Positions 26,589 through 37,322 of a stretch of 64,000 nt of DNA are shown one piece after another. Origin of the DNA: Candidatus Parcubacteria bacterium. GTDB lineage: Bacteria; Patescibacteriota; Minisyncoccia; Phycocordibacterales; UBA5272. Made by a program: the position numbers and the translations under genes. The notes beneath the pieces were generated by a model that was not told where the DNA came from, ran no database searches, and saw only the letters and a list, made by a program, of their open reading frames with translations. The stretch's first letter is position 1; every line of letters starts with the position of its first letter. The stretch covers positions 12,697 to 76,696 of the forward strand of contig JBDKJD010000003.1 of NCBI GenBank assembly GCA_039796775.1, written 5' to 3'.

Positions 26589-26852
26589 AGCACATGAATG
26601 GTAAAAGACCGAGAAACCTCTCGGTCTTTTACCATTCATGTGCTCGAGAAAAAAGTACAAGTACTTTTCGTGCGGAATCGAACGAAAAACCGGTCTACGG
26701 AATTATCCTTGCAAAAGTTTTCTTCCTGACTTTTGTAAGGATAATTTTGTCGGTTTTTCTCGGGGTCGAGACTTTGAGTGTTTTATGAATACCCAAGGTG
26801 TGAAATAAAATACCAAAGTGGTGACCGAAAACGAAGTGGTTTCTGCCGAGAG
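26589..26852 (+). repeat. tRNA-Arg-associated element: 26-bp hairpin, inverted tRNA end, two-hairpin core, direct tRNA end
   Basis: Perfect IR 26589-26644; GTGCTC...GGAATCGAAC; core 26684-26826 highly similar to 24986-25130 (minus); TTCTGCCGAGAG at 26841-26852. Confidence 0.8.
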
Positions 26853-26915
26853 TATAGAACACTAAAATATAACAAAACCCCTTCACAACTGTGAAGGGGT
26901 TTTTTGTATAAATAA

Positions 26916-27185
26916 TTATTCAGCAATCTGTAATAGCTTCGCCATCATTTCTTGATTGAAACCAACCATCACATCTTCGCCTATCTTGATAACAGGCACA
27001 CCCATTTGACCTGTCATTTCTACCATCTCTTTGCGTTTATCAAGATTCTCAGCAACGTTATAATCTGTGAAAGCAATATTCTTAGAGCCGAGCCAATCTT
27101 TGGCCATATGACAAAAGTGACATGTCGGGGTGCTATAAATTTCCACATTATGTATTTGATTAACTTCTATTGTTTTTGTATCCAT
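26916..27185 (-). CDS. Glutaredoxin-like (NrdH/YruB-type) protein
   Basis: YSTPTCHFC, GQMGVPVI, VGFN; start taken at MDTKT. Confidence 0.9.
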   Translation of the reverse strand: MDTKTIEVNQIHNVEIYSTPTCHFCHMAKDWLGSKNIAFTDYNVAENLDKRKEMVEMTGQMGVPVIKIGEDVMVGFNQEMMAKLLQIAE

Positions 27186-27227
27186 ATAGAGTAGAGTATA
27201 CAAAATATTCACGGGAATCAAAATCTC

Positions 27228-27656
27228 TTATTTATCACCTCTACGAAACACAGAATTCCACCAAATACTTAGCTTTTCCAAAAAAGAAATCCGCTCTCGT
27301 ACATTACTCACTGGAGATTTTTGATTATCGTATACAATGATTACCCCCTCACCTTCTTTGACTACAGGATGAGTTGTTCGTATATACTCTTCTTCACCGC
27401 GAGGAGTTTTAATGAACGCAAGAGATTCCTCTGCTTTCTCTTTTTTCTGCTTAAGGTCGAGCATTTCCTTTTCTGTATCATCTCTTATCTTACTCATCTC
27501 TATCCTTTTATTGTTAAGCTCAACAACCGATCGCGCCAAAACAATAACTAGAACGAACAAAATAACAATGACTGTTTTTGAGTAAAAAATCGTTCTTATA
27601 ATATGTTTTTGTTGATATTCTTTCACAGATGCTGTAGTATATCTATATTCTAACAC
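27228..27656 (-). CDS. Septum formation initiator (FtsB/DivIC-like); start uncertain
   Basis: TM, coiled coil, then GEEEYIR...VVKEGEGVI. Confidence 0.75.
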   Translation of the reverse strand: MLEYRYTTASVKEYQQKHIIRTIFYSKTVIVILFVLVIVLARSVVELNNKRIEMSKIRDDTEKEMLDLKQKKEKAEESLAFIKTPRGEEEYIRTTHPVVKEGEGVIIVYDNQKSPVSNVRERISFLEKLSIWWNSVFRRGDK

Positions 27657-27673
27657 GTAGCAACGACTATTAT

Positions 27674-27778
27674 ATGTTCAACTCAAAACATCGAAAATTA
27701 GTAGAAAGAATCTGGGCAGGAATTTCTATCTTAGCAATTCTTGGAATGATACTTTTCTCTGTAGCAATAGTTCTCTAA
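27674..27778 (+). CDS. 34-aa membrane peptide
   Basis: Manual translation MFNSKHRKLVERIWAGISILAILGMILFSVAIVL, followed by terminator AAAAACAGCGC/GCGCTGTTTTT. Confidence 0.6.
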   Translation: MFNSKHRKLVERIWAGISILAILGMILFSVAIVL

Positions 27779-28223
27779 AGAAAAACAGCGCTTACTGCGC
27801 TGTTTTTTAATTCCCTCAATCTTGGGGGAAAATTTCAAGGTATGGTTTAAACATTTCACCGGAGGCGTACGCTTCAAGCGTGACGCCTCCAAAAACGACA
27901 GGGTAGCTTAGATCTGGTTGTTTAGATTCTTTAAACACCTGTCCTCCATAAAACCATCTATTTCCTTTTTTGAAAAATTTTGCAGCCCCTATAAAAAAGT
28001 TGTAGGATTTTCAGGTTTTGACACGTATACAGAATCATAAGAGTGACCACAATTTGGACCAGAATGATATTTGACAGACTCTAAAACAACACCGTTATCT
28101 ACATTTATTCCAATCGAAAGAACAGGGAAATTGGTGTCACCAATTTTTTTTGAAAATGCTGCAACAATAGTTATAGTACCCCTTTTTGATTAAAAGCAAA
28201 CAGCTAAAGGCTAATAGCTACCC

Positions 28224-30020
28224 TTACTTCTCTGTCGGTTTCATCATGTTTAAGAATGTGTCATGAGAAATATTAACTTTACCTTCGCGCTGCATTCTAT
28301 CCTTTCCTCGCTTCTGCTTTTCTCGTAACTTCATCTTACGAGTAATATCCCCTCCGTAGAGATACCCTGTTACATCTTTCTTCATCGGAGCGATTGATCG
28401 AGAAGCAACAATACGACCATGCACATATGCTTGGATTTTGATTCTAAATAATTCTCTTGGCAAAATCTTCTCTAATTTCTCAACCACTTCTTCACTTTCT
28501 TCACGTGATCTATGTTCAGGAATAACACGAGAAAATGCTGCGACTCTCTCTTCTGCTACATACACATCCAGTCTCGTGACGGAAGCTGGCTTCATCTCTC
28601 CTTTTCTATATGCGATAGAAGCATATCCAGAAGACGCTGACTTCACCTCATCAAAGAAGTTACGCATAAGCTCACGAAGTGGCATATCGATAATCATCTC
28701 AACTCTATCGTGCCCCCAATCAACCATATCCGTGACACTTGCTTCATGTATATGGAGCAATTGCATAAGCGTGCTGACATATTCATGGGGCGTAATGATA
28801 GTAAGCACTATCCAAGGTTCCATCACACTTATGTATTGCCCATGATCTGGGAAGTGTATTGGTGTATAGACCATTTCCTTTTCTCCGTTTTTTAATGTTA
28901 CTTCATATGTAATAGATGGTGTAGTAATAACAAGCTCTTGGTCGAATTCTCGTCGTAATCGTTCAGTTACAATCTCTAAGTGAAGCATACCCAAAAACCC
29001 ACAACGGAATCCTCTTCCTAATGCACCAGACGCTTCTTCTTCAAAGGTAAGTGATGAGTCTGACAATTTCAACTTGGAAAGTGAGCTACGCAAATCATCA
29101 AACTCATCTTGAGTCTCAGGATACAGTGAAGCAAATACGAGTGGAACGGGAAGAGAGTAACCAGGGAATGCTGGGAGTGGACGCGCAAATGTTGTCACTG
29201 TATCTCCAACTCGAGCAATACCTGGCTCTTTGATACCAGTCACTATATACCCTATCTCCCCTTTATGAAGAACTCCTGTTTCTCTTTTTTCTGGAGAAAA
29301 TGTTCCTACTTCTCTTATGATAAAACGATGCTTCGCTTGGAGGAATAGTAAGTCTTCACCATTTTTGACCACACCATCAAGAATACGAACATAAAGAATA
29401 ACCCCTTGATGATTGGAATATTCAAAATCAAAGATAAGCGCCCTTGAGGAAGGTGACGATTCAAATTCTGAAACTGGAGGAGGGATTCTTTTAATTACTG
29501 CTTCCACTAATTCTCTCACCCCTTCTCCTGTTTTGCCTGAGACTGCAAGTATCTCAGACTTGTCGCATCCGAGTAGTTTAACAATTTCGTCTTTTACTTC
29601 ATCTGCATGAGCGAGCGGGCTATCTATCTTGTTCACTACTGGAATAATAGTGATGCCAGCTTCTTTGGCCATCTCGAGCGTAGTTAATGTTTGAGCTTGT
29701 ACCCCCTGAGTAGCATCAACCAGTAGTAACGCACCTTCAACCGCTCGAAGTGAACGTGATACTTCATATGAGAAATCAATATGCCCAGGAGTATCAATTA
29801 AGTTAAGGATATAATCATTACCGTCATCACTTTTATACTCCATACGAACAGGAGTCATCTTGATCGTGATGCCTCGCTCACGTTCAAGTTCCATACTGTC
29901 TAAGACCTGCTCTTTCATTTTGCGAGCATCCACCGTCTTAGTAACTTCAAGAAGTCTATCTGCAAGCGTAGACTTACCGTGGTCAATATGGGCTATGATT
30001 GAGAAGTTGCGTATATTCAT
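28224..30020 (-). CDS. lepA: Elongation factor 4
   Basis: [43 protein letters not shown]. Confidence 0.98.
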   Translation of the reverse strand: MNIRNFSIIAHIDHGKSTLADRLLEVTKTVDARKMKEQVLDSMELERERGITIKMTPVRMEYKSDDGNDYILNLIDTPGHIDFSYEVSRSLRAVEGALLLVDATQGVQAQTLTTLEMAKEAGITIIPVVNKIDSPLAHADEVKDEIVKLLGCDKSEILAVSGKTGEGVRELVEAVIKRIPPPVSEFESSPSSRALIFDFEYSNHQGVILYVRILDGVVKNGEDLLFLQAKHRFIIREVGTFSPEKRETGVLHKGEIGYIVTGIKEPGIARVGDTVTTFARPLPAFPGYSLPVPLVFASLYPETQDEFDDLRSSLSKLKLSDSSLTFEEEASGALGRGFRCGFLGMLHLEIVTERLRREFDQELVITTPSITYEVTLKNGEKEMVYTPIHFPDHGQYISVMEPWIVLTIITPHEYVSTLMQLLHIHEASVTDMVDWGHDRVEMIIDMPLRELMRNFFDEVKSASSGYASIAYRKGEMKPASVTRLDVYVAEERVAAFSRVIPEHRSREESEEVVEKLEKILPRELFRIKIQAYVHGRIVASRSIAPMKKDVTGYLYGGDITRKMKLREKQKRGKDRMQREGKVNISHDTFLNMMKPTEK

Positions 30021-30077
30021 AAGTCCTTCTAATACTACACGAAAATAGACATAATAACAAAAGAAACGGACCTTATC

Positions 30078-31352
30078 TTAGTGAAGTTTTTTCTTGTTAT
30101 AAAAATACAACATCAAAAAGAAGCTCATCAAAAATGTCACTGTGATTCCATAGAGGAGACTTATCACCCCAAGATGAAGCGTAGAATATGCCGTTACTAC
30201 TCCTAAAGCGTTTGAAATCACGCCGACCATGAGGACACTTTTGGTATCTTTCATAGAATAAAAACTAACAACAAGATACCCGGTCATCATATGCACTGGA
30301 AGTATGATCAAAAATCCAATCAAAAAGAATGCAATCAATTCATTTTGACCAGAGTTACCGTAGAGTATATAAATCACCTCTTCTCTTAAGCCGTACAACA
30401 CAATCGATGCCATAACTCCAACCACACCAAGAGCGATAACATATCGCTTAACAGTTTCTTTGTAGAGAGTGACTTTATGTTCTACAACATCTCTTGAAAG
30501 TATAGGGATACTCGCTGCTGTTACACTTTGTTGAACTATTTGAATAACACCATCCATAATACGTTGAGCAAACAAATAGCTCGAAAGAACTCCAGGACCA
30601 AGCATCGTAGCAAAGCTAGTGAAACTAATCACACGAAGTTGTGTAACTATATTAAGACCGGTTCTCGGAATCCCAAGATAAACAAGCTCCTTTATGTGAT
30701 CCCAAGAGAAATGAAATAACACTTCCCCAATCTTAGCCTTACGCAAAGATAGTAACTGAACCAAGAAAGAAATAAACGCTCCAACAAGCACCCCATAAAT
30801 AAGCCCGTCTATTCCAAATGAAGGATATAAATAAATAATTCCAAAAATAATACCAAGTGAATATCCAAGTGGTGCAACCCCGAAGATAATAAAATGATTT
30901 TTTAATTGAGCAAAACAAGAAATCAAAGAAGTGAGCCCGAGCAATACGGGCTGAATAAGAAGTAATCGAGTAACTGAGACAAAAGTATCTATTTGTTCCT
31001 GAGAGAATCCGGGGACAATAAACCTTGCATAAAGATGTACTGTAAGTGCGATAATAGTACCAACAATTGTAAGCATTATCCCCACAAAAAGAAACGTTGA
31101 CGAAAGTTTTTTACGTGGATCTTCTATGTTACCTTTCTTGTCTTCCACTGTTAAAAAAGGCACCACTGTCGCTGATGTCACAAAAGCAAGCGACAACGCA
31201 TAGAGAAGATCAGGCAACCTGAATGCAGCATTATATACGTCGAGAATCTCTCCGACACCAACATTCGTAGCTAGAAGTCTATCTCTCACAACTCCGAGCA
31301 AAACTGAGAGAATGCTAAAAAAAGCTATAATTACTGAGTTTTTGAGAATCAT
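30078..31352 (-). CDS. murJ: Lipid II flippase MurJ/MviN family
   Basis: LGVVRDRLLA...DVYNAAFRLPD; multi-TM MOP-type transporter. Confidence 0.85.
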   Translation of the reverse strand: MILKNSVIIAFFSILSVLLGVVRDRLLATNVGVGEILDVYNAAFRLPDLLYALSLAFVTSATVVPFLTVEDKKGNIEDPRKKLSSTFLFVGIMLTIVGTIIALTVHLYARFIVPGFSQEQIDTFVSVTRLLLIQPVLLGLTSLISCFAQLKNHFIIFGVAPLGYSLGIIFGIIYLYPSFGIDGLIYGVLVGAFISFLVQLLSLRKAKIGEVLFHFSWDHIKELVYLGIPRTGLNIVTQLRVISFTSFATMLGPGVLSSYLFAQRIMDGVIQIVQQSVTAASIPILSRDVVEHKVTLYKETVKRYVIALGVVGVMASIVLYGLREEVIYILYGNSGQNELIAFFLIGFLIILPVHMMTGYLVVSFYSMKDTKSVLMVGVISNALGVVTAYSTLHLGVISLLYGITVTFLMSFFLMLYFYNKKKLH

Positions 31353-31411
31353 ACAATATATAGGAGTATAACATAAGAGAAAAAACTTCCTTTCGGAAGT
31401 TTTTTCATTGC

Positions 31412-31793
31412 GTCTCTATCTATAAGCCGAATTCTGTCCCCGTGGGATAACGATATCAGAATATTTTGAAGTTTTGAACTCCTTACGTGATATAACAATC
31501 AACGGAACTCTGCTACCGTTATCCCACGGGGTGTAGACATTTATCTAGGACTTCTCTTGCGATCAGTCTCAAGCGACTCAAAGGATTGCTCCAGTACGGT
31601 CTTGCACACACGTATGTATTTAGCCGTTTCAGCCGAACTTAATCGGATCGTTTCTGTTCGCAACACGTGGATCACTCCAGGTGGGTGTTACCCACTACGC
31701 TTCCAACACTTACCTCTGAGACAAGCTCAGGCGGTTGATATGTGTTCGGACTTTCCTCACGATATTACTATCGCGCGTCTACCCAATAGAGAC
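31412..31793 (-). ncRNA. rnpB: RNase P RNA
   Basis: Minus strand GAGGAAAGTCCG, GGGTAACACCC, AACAGAAA, TGAAAC, TGCAAG, TAGATAAATG, ACAGAATTCGGCTTAT; P1 GTCTCTAT/ATAGAGAC; terminator at about 31380-31406. Confidence 0.95.
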
Positions 31794-31840
31794 CAAACCA
31801 CTATATACTAGTCTTTCAAATAACTCAAGTGGTGAACAGT

Positions 31841-32371
31841 TTAATTCTCAAATTTTATTTTTGAACCGAGGTATATTCCATAATCGTCAGAAAGCCCAGC
31901 ATTTATTTCAAGAACAAAACTAGCATCTATTCCATTAATAAAATGTTTTGGATATGTATCAGGGGTTACATTTCTCTCTATCCAAACTACAGTACCTGTA
32001 TAGTCTATCCAAATAATATCAAGAGGAAAATTCATCGCCTTCATCCAAAAGCCATACTTGCCAGGATGGTCGAACACAAATAACATTCCCTCATTATCTT
32101 TCATCTTCTCTCTTCCGGATAATCCGAGTGATCTTGATTTATCTGTAGATACGACTTCTGCCATAAGCGCACCCTTAGGTAACAGTACAGTTACGTCATG
32201 ACGAACTATTTTATCAAACATTTCATTGTTACAAACTTTCTCAACAAAACATCTATAAAAATATTCTCCAGAGAAAAAGAACCCTGTAACAACAAAAAGA
32301 ATCACAACAAAACGAATCACTTTTTGTTTAAGAGAAAGCGATTGTTTGATTTTGGTTTTTTTGGAACTCAT
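31841..32371 (-). CDS. DUF192 family protein
   Basis: GLSGR...GMLFVF...FWMK-x-M-x-FPLDIIWI...VLEINAG. Confidence 0.92.
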   Translation of the reverse strand: MSSKKTKIKQSLSLKQKVIRFVVILFVVTGFFFSGEYFYRCFVEKVCNNEMFDKIVRHDVTVLLPKGALMAEVVSTDKSRSLGLSGREKMKDNEGMLFVFDHPGKYGFWMKAMNFPLDIIWIDYTGTVVWIERNVTPDTYPKHFINGIDASFVLEINAGLSDDYGIYLGSKIKFEN

Positions 32372-32389
32372 GTACAGAATACTACAGTA

Positions 32390-34177
32390 TTACCCCTGAC
32401 GACCTGCACGTGAACGTTCAGATTCTGTAAGAAGCTTCTTGCGGAGACGTACTGACTTTGGTGTAACTTCTAAGTATTCATCAGCGTTCATTATTTCAAG
32501 TCCACGCTCAATTGTAATCTCCCATGCAGGCACAAGAACAATAGCTTCATCGGCACCAGATGAGCGCATGTTAGAAAGTTGCTTACCTTTAGTTGGGTTC
32601 ACCATCATCTCTTCACCCTTTGATGTGTTACCGATAACCATACCTTCATATACTTCTGTAGTAGGTAAGATATAAATAACTCCACGATCTTGAAGATTCC
32701 AAAGCGAGAATGCAAGTGACTTACCTGTAGCCATTGATGTCATAGAACCTACGAGACGGCGAGTAATCTCTCCTGCATATGGACCGAACTTGAGGAAACG
32801 CGCTGAGAGAATACCAAGACCTTTAGTATCAATGACGAACTCTCCACGATAACCAAGAAGCCCACGTGTTGGGATTTCTGCTTTGATACGACTAATACCA
32901 TTCTTCTCTGACATATCGGTAATCATAGCTTTGCGGCGACCAAGCTTCTCCATCACTGCACCGGATGATTCTGTTGGCACATCAATAACAAGCTCTTCGT
33001 ATGGCTCCTCCTTAACGCCGTCTTTTTCATGGAAAATAACTTGAGGCTGTGATACCTGTAATTCATACCCTTCACGACGCATTGTCTCAAGAAGTACACC
33101 GATATGAAGCTCTCCACGACCATACACGAGATATTTATCAGTATCAAAATCCACCCTGAGTCCTACGTTGATCTCAAGCTCCTTCTCTAGACGGTCACGA
33201 ATCTGACGACCGGTGACGAACTTACCTTCCTTACCGGCAAATGGAGAATCGTTCACGAGGAAGTTAAGAGCAATCGTTGGCTCATCAATCGCAATAGCAG
33301 GCATCGCCTCTTGTGTCGCCTCTTTAACAAAGGTATCTCCAATATATACATCAGAGAACCCAGCGATCATAGCGATATCTCCAGCCGCTACTTCTTCTAC
33401 ATCAACTCTATTAATACCGTTGAAGGTATATATCTTAGTAATCTTACTCTTAGATGTTGTACCGTCTGCTTTTTTGATTGTATACTCTCCTCCAACTTTA
33501 AGAACTCCATCATACATACGAACAACGGCCATGCGTCCGAGGAAGTTATCATATGCCAAATTAAAAGCTTGAGCACACGGAAGCTTAGCCATATCTCCAG
33601 TTGCCTTTGGAACTTTCTCGAGAATGATATCAAGAAGCGGTGAAAGGTCTTTCTTCTCATCGGTAAGATTCTTCATAGCTACACCCTCACGCCCGATTGC
33701 GTACACAGTGGTGAAATCTAGTTGTTCATCATTAGCTCCGAGCTCCATAAAAAGTTCGAACACCTCGTCATGTACACGAGTCGCATCAGCTGCAGGCTTG
33801 TCTATCTTGTTAATAACTACAATAGGTTTAAGCCCAAGCTCAAGAGACTTCTTGAGTACGAAACGTGTCTGCGGCATTGGACCTTCTTGAGCGTCAACAA
33901 CGAGGAGTACGCAATCAATAGAGCGTAACACACGCTCTACTTCTGATCCGAAGTCAGCGTGACCTGGAGTATCGAGAATATTAATCTTAACTCCTTTGTA
34001 TGGCACAGAAGTATTCTTCGCGGTAATTGTGATACCACGCTCTTTTTCCATTGGATTAGAGTCCATTGTCTGACCCTCTACTCCGACCCCACACTGCTTC
34101 ATGAGCGCGTCAGTAAGAGTTGTCTTTCCATGGTCAACGTGAGCGATGATGGCGATATTACGAATTTCTTGTTGCAT
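32390..34177 (-). CDS. typA: Translational GTPase TypA/BipA
   Basis: RNIAIIAHVDHGKTTL, DTPGHADFGSEVER, GRGELH, EVTPKSVRLRK. Confidence 0.98.
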   Translation of the reverse strand: MQQEIRNIAIIAHVDHGKTTLTDALMKQCGVGVEGQTMDSNPMEKERGITITAKNTSVPYKGVKINILDTPGHADFGSEVERVLRSIDCVLLVVDAQEGPMPQTRFVLKKSLELGLKPIVVINKIDKPAADATRVHDEVFELFMELGANDEQLDFTTVYAIGREGVAMKNLTDEKKDLSPLLDIILEKVPKATGDMAKLPCAQAFNLAYDNFLGRMAVVRMYDGVLKVGGEYTIKKADGTTSKSKITKIYTFNGINRVDVEEVAAGDIAMIAGFSDVYIGDTFVKEATQEAMPAIAIDEPTIALNFLVNDSPFAGKEGKFVTGRQIRDRLEKELEINVGLRVDFDTDKYLVYGRGELHIGVLLETMRREGYELQVSQPQVIFHEKDGVKEEPYEELVIDVPTESSGAVMEKLGRRKAMITDMSEKNGISRIKAEIPTRGLLGYRGEFVIDTKGLGILSARFLKFGPYAGEITRRLVGSMTSMATGKSLAFSLWNLQDRGVIYILPTTEVYEGMVIGNTSKGEEMMVNPTKGKQLSNMRSSGADEAIVLVPAWEITIERGLEIMNADEYLEVTPKSVRLRKKLLTESERSRAGRQG

Positions 34178-34349
34178 ACCGAGATGGTTATTAGGTGTTA
34201 GTTATTAGTGATTAGACAATACAAAATACTAAAATGTTTTTGTAGAAAAATATGAAGCGGTACTGTACCGCTTAGATAGGGAATATTATAACACAATTTC
34301 TCTAAAAAAGCTAGCCCGTTTTCTTTTCTTCATATGCTAGAATTCTTAT

Positions 34350-34475
34350 GTAAGAGCATTCTTGTTGGAATCACGATAAACAACAAGTTCTACCCCACTT
34401 ACCGGTGAGGCTTTAGTTTGCAAACTAAAGAAAAATGTTCGAAAAAAGCAGCCGACCTCGCTGCTTTTTCTTTTT
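34350..34475 (+). ncRNA. Candidate stand-alone small RNA (copy C, GTTCTACC junction)
   Basis: Extended -10 TGCTAGAAT at 34335-34343; stems GAGCATT/AATGTTC, CTTGTTG/CAACAAG, CCCCAC/GTGAGG and palindrome CTTTAGTTTGCAAACTAAAG; terminator AAAAAGCAGC/GCTGCTTTTT. Confidence 0.5.
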
Positions 34476-34496
34476 GCTTATCAAATAACCTGTTTA

Positions 34497-36506
34497 CTAT
34501 TTAATACCCAACTCTTTCAAGAACGCTTTATTACTTGGCTTACGCCCAAGGAAGTTAGTAAGAAGCTTCATCTCATCTTCCGACGATCCCTTTTCAAGTA
34601 CCTCTCTTCGCCACTTCATCCCAACTTCAGCATTAGTCATCACATTCTTATTTCCTTTTGTCTTGAAACTCTCAAATGCGTCACATGCATACACAAGCGC
34701 CCAAAGATATGAATAATATCCTGCATCATACCCAACAAGATGACCAAACCCAGCCACGAAAAGCGGAGACACCTTTGGCATGTCTATATTAAAGAATTGT
34801 TTATTCATCTTACTGTACACGCTCTCTACATCTTTTATTTTTCCAAGATGCAGATCCATGTCGAGCTTGCCCTGAATAAGTTGACGCGTATAAAAATAAG
34901 CATTCATGTGAACCTTACCTTTGACGATCCGATCGATCATTGCGTCATCCATTTTTTCTTGTGTCTTATAATTATGAGAAAGTTGCTTCATCACCTTTTT
35001 GTCCCATACCCAGTTCTCCATAATCTGAGACGGTGTCTCGACGAAGTCCCACGCAACATTGGCTCCAGCCTGTGACTCAAGACGTGCACGAGAAAGTGTC
35101 ATATGGAGGAGATGCCCGAATTCATGGAACAATGTCTCTACGTCTGAAATAGATAAGAGTGACGGGACTTTTTTAGTTGGTGTAGGGAAGTTACAAAGCA
35201 TCACAGAGTACGCAGGCAGATATTCTTCCCCTTTCCAAGTCTTCTCTTTTGAAACAACAACATCTACCATACACGCATGACCATACTTCCCTTCACGTGG
35301 ATAAAGATCTAATGAGAAATACCCGATAAGAGCACCTTTGTTATCTTTGGACTCATCTCTAATTTCATAACTCTCTACATCTTTGTGCCAGAGTGTGAGC
35401 GGTGTCTTGTGAAATGAAATAGAAAATAATTCTCCAAATATTCTAAACATCTCTTTCTGTACATGAGTTGTTGGGAAATATGCTTTTACTGTTTCCGGGT
35501 CAATATCATATAACTTCTTTTTAAGTGATGTTCCAACAAAAGAAATATCAAAGTAATCAAGCTTTTTGATTCCTAATTGCTTTGCTTCTCTGCCTAATTC
35601 TTGTAATTCTGCTTTTGCTTGTGGCGCTATTTTTTTGAGAAGATCTTCTTGGAACTGTGATGCCACCTCCCCGCTACGGGCCATACGATTCTCGGTTTTA
35701 AAATCAGCGTGATGCTTATATCCAAGAATAGTTGCAATCTTGTGACGAATCGTTACTAACTCATTTAAAATAGTTAGATTCTTTTTGCCTCCTTTTTTGA
35801 GATTCTTAAGAGCAAGCTCTTCGCGCTTCTTGCGATTCTTGGCTTCTGACATAAAAGGAAGCACATGCGGATACTGAAGCGAAACAATATATCTACCATC
35901 AGTATGACGAGGGAGTGCTGTTATATAATTCTCACTCATTCCATCAAGTTCATCTTTGGTACAAAGGATATAATCTTGATAGTCATTGATATTCTTACGG
36001 AAAGCGATTGAAAGCTTGGAGGATTTTTTAAAAAGAACTTTTAATTCTTTTTGTTTTTTAGTATCTAAATCAAAACCAATTCGCTTATACTCGCGAAGTG
36101 TTTCTTCAATGAGCTTGATATCTTCTTTTCTCAAAGACTTTTTTTCATCACGAAAATTCCCTTCATAGTATTCAAGTACAGCGATGTAGAGATCTCTATC
36201 GTACTCTATGTCTACCGCCTTTTCAGAGACAGAAGAGAGGACTGCTGTAGCACCATCTCGGACCTCTTTCTTGGTTGATGTCTCTGCGAGTAGCCCCATC
36301 TTTGAAAGCGCGCTTTCGAACATATCATCTGCGCGTTCGAGTGCATACACAGTATTCAAGAATGTTCTTTCTTCAGGGAGAATAGACTTTATTTCTTGAT
36401 AGACTTTTTTCTTATTTTCAAGATAACTCTTTGCAATCTTTTCCATCTGCTTTGGTGTCCATTTCACCCAAGCGAAATCTTTTTGTGTAAGCGGTAGTGT
36501 TTTCAT
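34497..36506 (-). CDS. M3 family Zn-oligopeptidase (thimet/PrlC-like)
   Basis: DLYPREGKYGHA, FHEFGH, DFVETPSQ, GYDAGYYSYLWA. Confidence 0.95.
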   Translation of the reverse strand: MKTLPLTQKDFAWVKWTPKQMEKIAKSYLENKKKVYQEIKSILPEERTFLNTVYALERADDMFESALSKMGLLAETSTKKEVRDGATAVLSSVSEKAVDIEYDRDLYIAVLEYYEGNFRDEKKSLRKEDIKLIEETLREYKRIGFDLDTKKQKELKVLFKKSSKLSIAFRKNINDYQDYILCTKDELDGMSENYITALPRHTDGRYIVSLQYPHVLPFMSEAKNRKKREELALKNLKKGGKKNLTILNELVTIRHKIATILGYKHHADFKTENRMARSGEVASQFQEDLLKKIAPQAKAELQELGREAKQLGIKKLDYFDISFVGTSLKKKLYDIDPETVKAYFPTTHVQKEMFRIFGELFSISFHKTPLTLWHKDVESYEIRDESKDNKGALIGYFSLDLYPREGKYGHACMVDVVVSKEKTWKGEEYLPAYSVMLCNFPTPTKKVPSLLSISDVETLFHEFGHLLHMTLSRARLESQAGANVAWDFVETPSQIMENWVWDKKVMKQLSHNYKTQEKMDDAMIDRIVKGKVHMNAYFYTRQLIQGKLDMDLHLGKIKDVESVYSKMNKQFFNIDMPKVSPLFVAGFGHLVGYDAGYYSYLWALVYACDAFESFKTKGNKNVMTNAEVGMKWRREVLEKGSSEDEMKLLTNFLGRKPSNKAFLKELGIK

Positions 36507-36531
36507 ATGTAAGCTATTTTAGCATAAACCT

Positions 36532-37086
36532 CTAACGCTTGTTAGGTGCTCGATAGTATCTACATTCTTCTCCGTGTGCACCTGGAAGCATATTGATGCT
36601 CATCAAGAATTCCCCCACTATTTCACCTCCTACAAATTTAAATTGCTTCTTGAAAATCTTAACCCATTCTTTTTTTGCACTGCTTTCGGCTTTTAGCTTT
36701 TCGCTTTTAGCTTGAACATTCAGCCACTTCCTAAAGCTACCAAACTCCTTCTGTATCTCTACCAACTTTTGTGCGTTATAAATGGCTGCACCGATCTTTA
36801 AGCGATTACGAATAATCCCTGCGTCATTCATAAGACGAGTGAAGTCTTTCTCATCATACTTCGCTACCTTTTTAATATCAAAATTGTCATACGCTTTTCT
36901 GAAATTATTTTCTTTTACTAAAATAGTGTGCCATGATAGCCCTGCCTGATTAATCTCCATAACAAGTCTTCCAAAAAGCTCGTCATCATCATCTATCGGT
37001 ACTCCGTAATGAAGGTCGTGATAGATCTTATCGACATCATTCTTGTCAGTTATTTTTGCTACATAATCACAATACGAGTGGGACAT
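36532..37086 (-). CDS. tag: DNA-3-methyladenine glycosylase I
   Basis: YHD-x-x-YG, QAGLSW, GIIRNRLKI, FKFVG, H-x-x-x-C. Confidence 0.93.
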   Translation of the reverse strand: MSHSYCDYVAKITDKNDVDKIYHDLHYGVPIDDDDELFGRLVMEINQAGLSWHTILVKENNFRKAYDNFDIKKVAKYDEKDFTRLMNDAGIIRNRLKIGAAIYNAQKLVEIQKEFGSFRKWLNVQAKSEKLKAESSAKKEWVKIFKKQFKFVGGEIVGEFLMSINMLPGAHGEECRYYRAPNKR

Positions 37087-37091
37087 ATTAC

Positions 37092-37319
37092 TTATTTAGC
37101 GTGTTTCAAAAAATCTTTCTTCTCTATCTCTGCTAATTTTAAAATACCGTGAAGTGTGCCTTCTGCTATTTCTTTATGCAGTGACACAATACTTGTTATA
37201 ACTTTATTCTTAACCTCTTTGATTACCTTAACGTGACTTCCTTTTTGAAAAACAACCTTGAAACCAAAATATTTTTCTAAAACTTTTACTATTTGTTTGC
37301 CAGAGAATGTCTTAGACAT
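37092..37319 (-). CDS. hicA: HicA family toxin
   Basis: FSGKQIVKVL...GF...QKGSH...GTL-x-x-IL. Confidence 0.85.
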   Translation of the reverse strand: MSKTFSGKQIVKVLEKYFGFKVVFQKGSHVKVIKEVKNKVITSIVSLHKEIAEGTLHGILKLAEIEKKDFLKHAK

Positions 37320-37322
37320 ACA

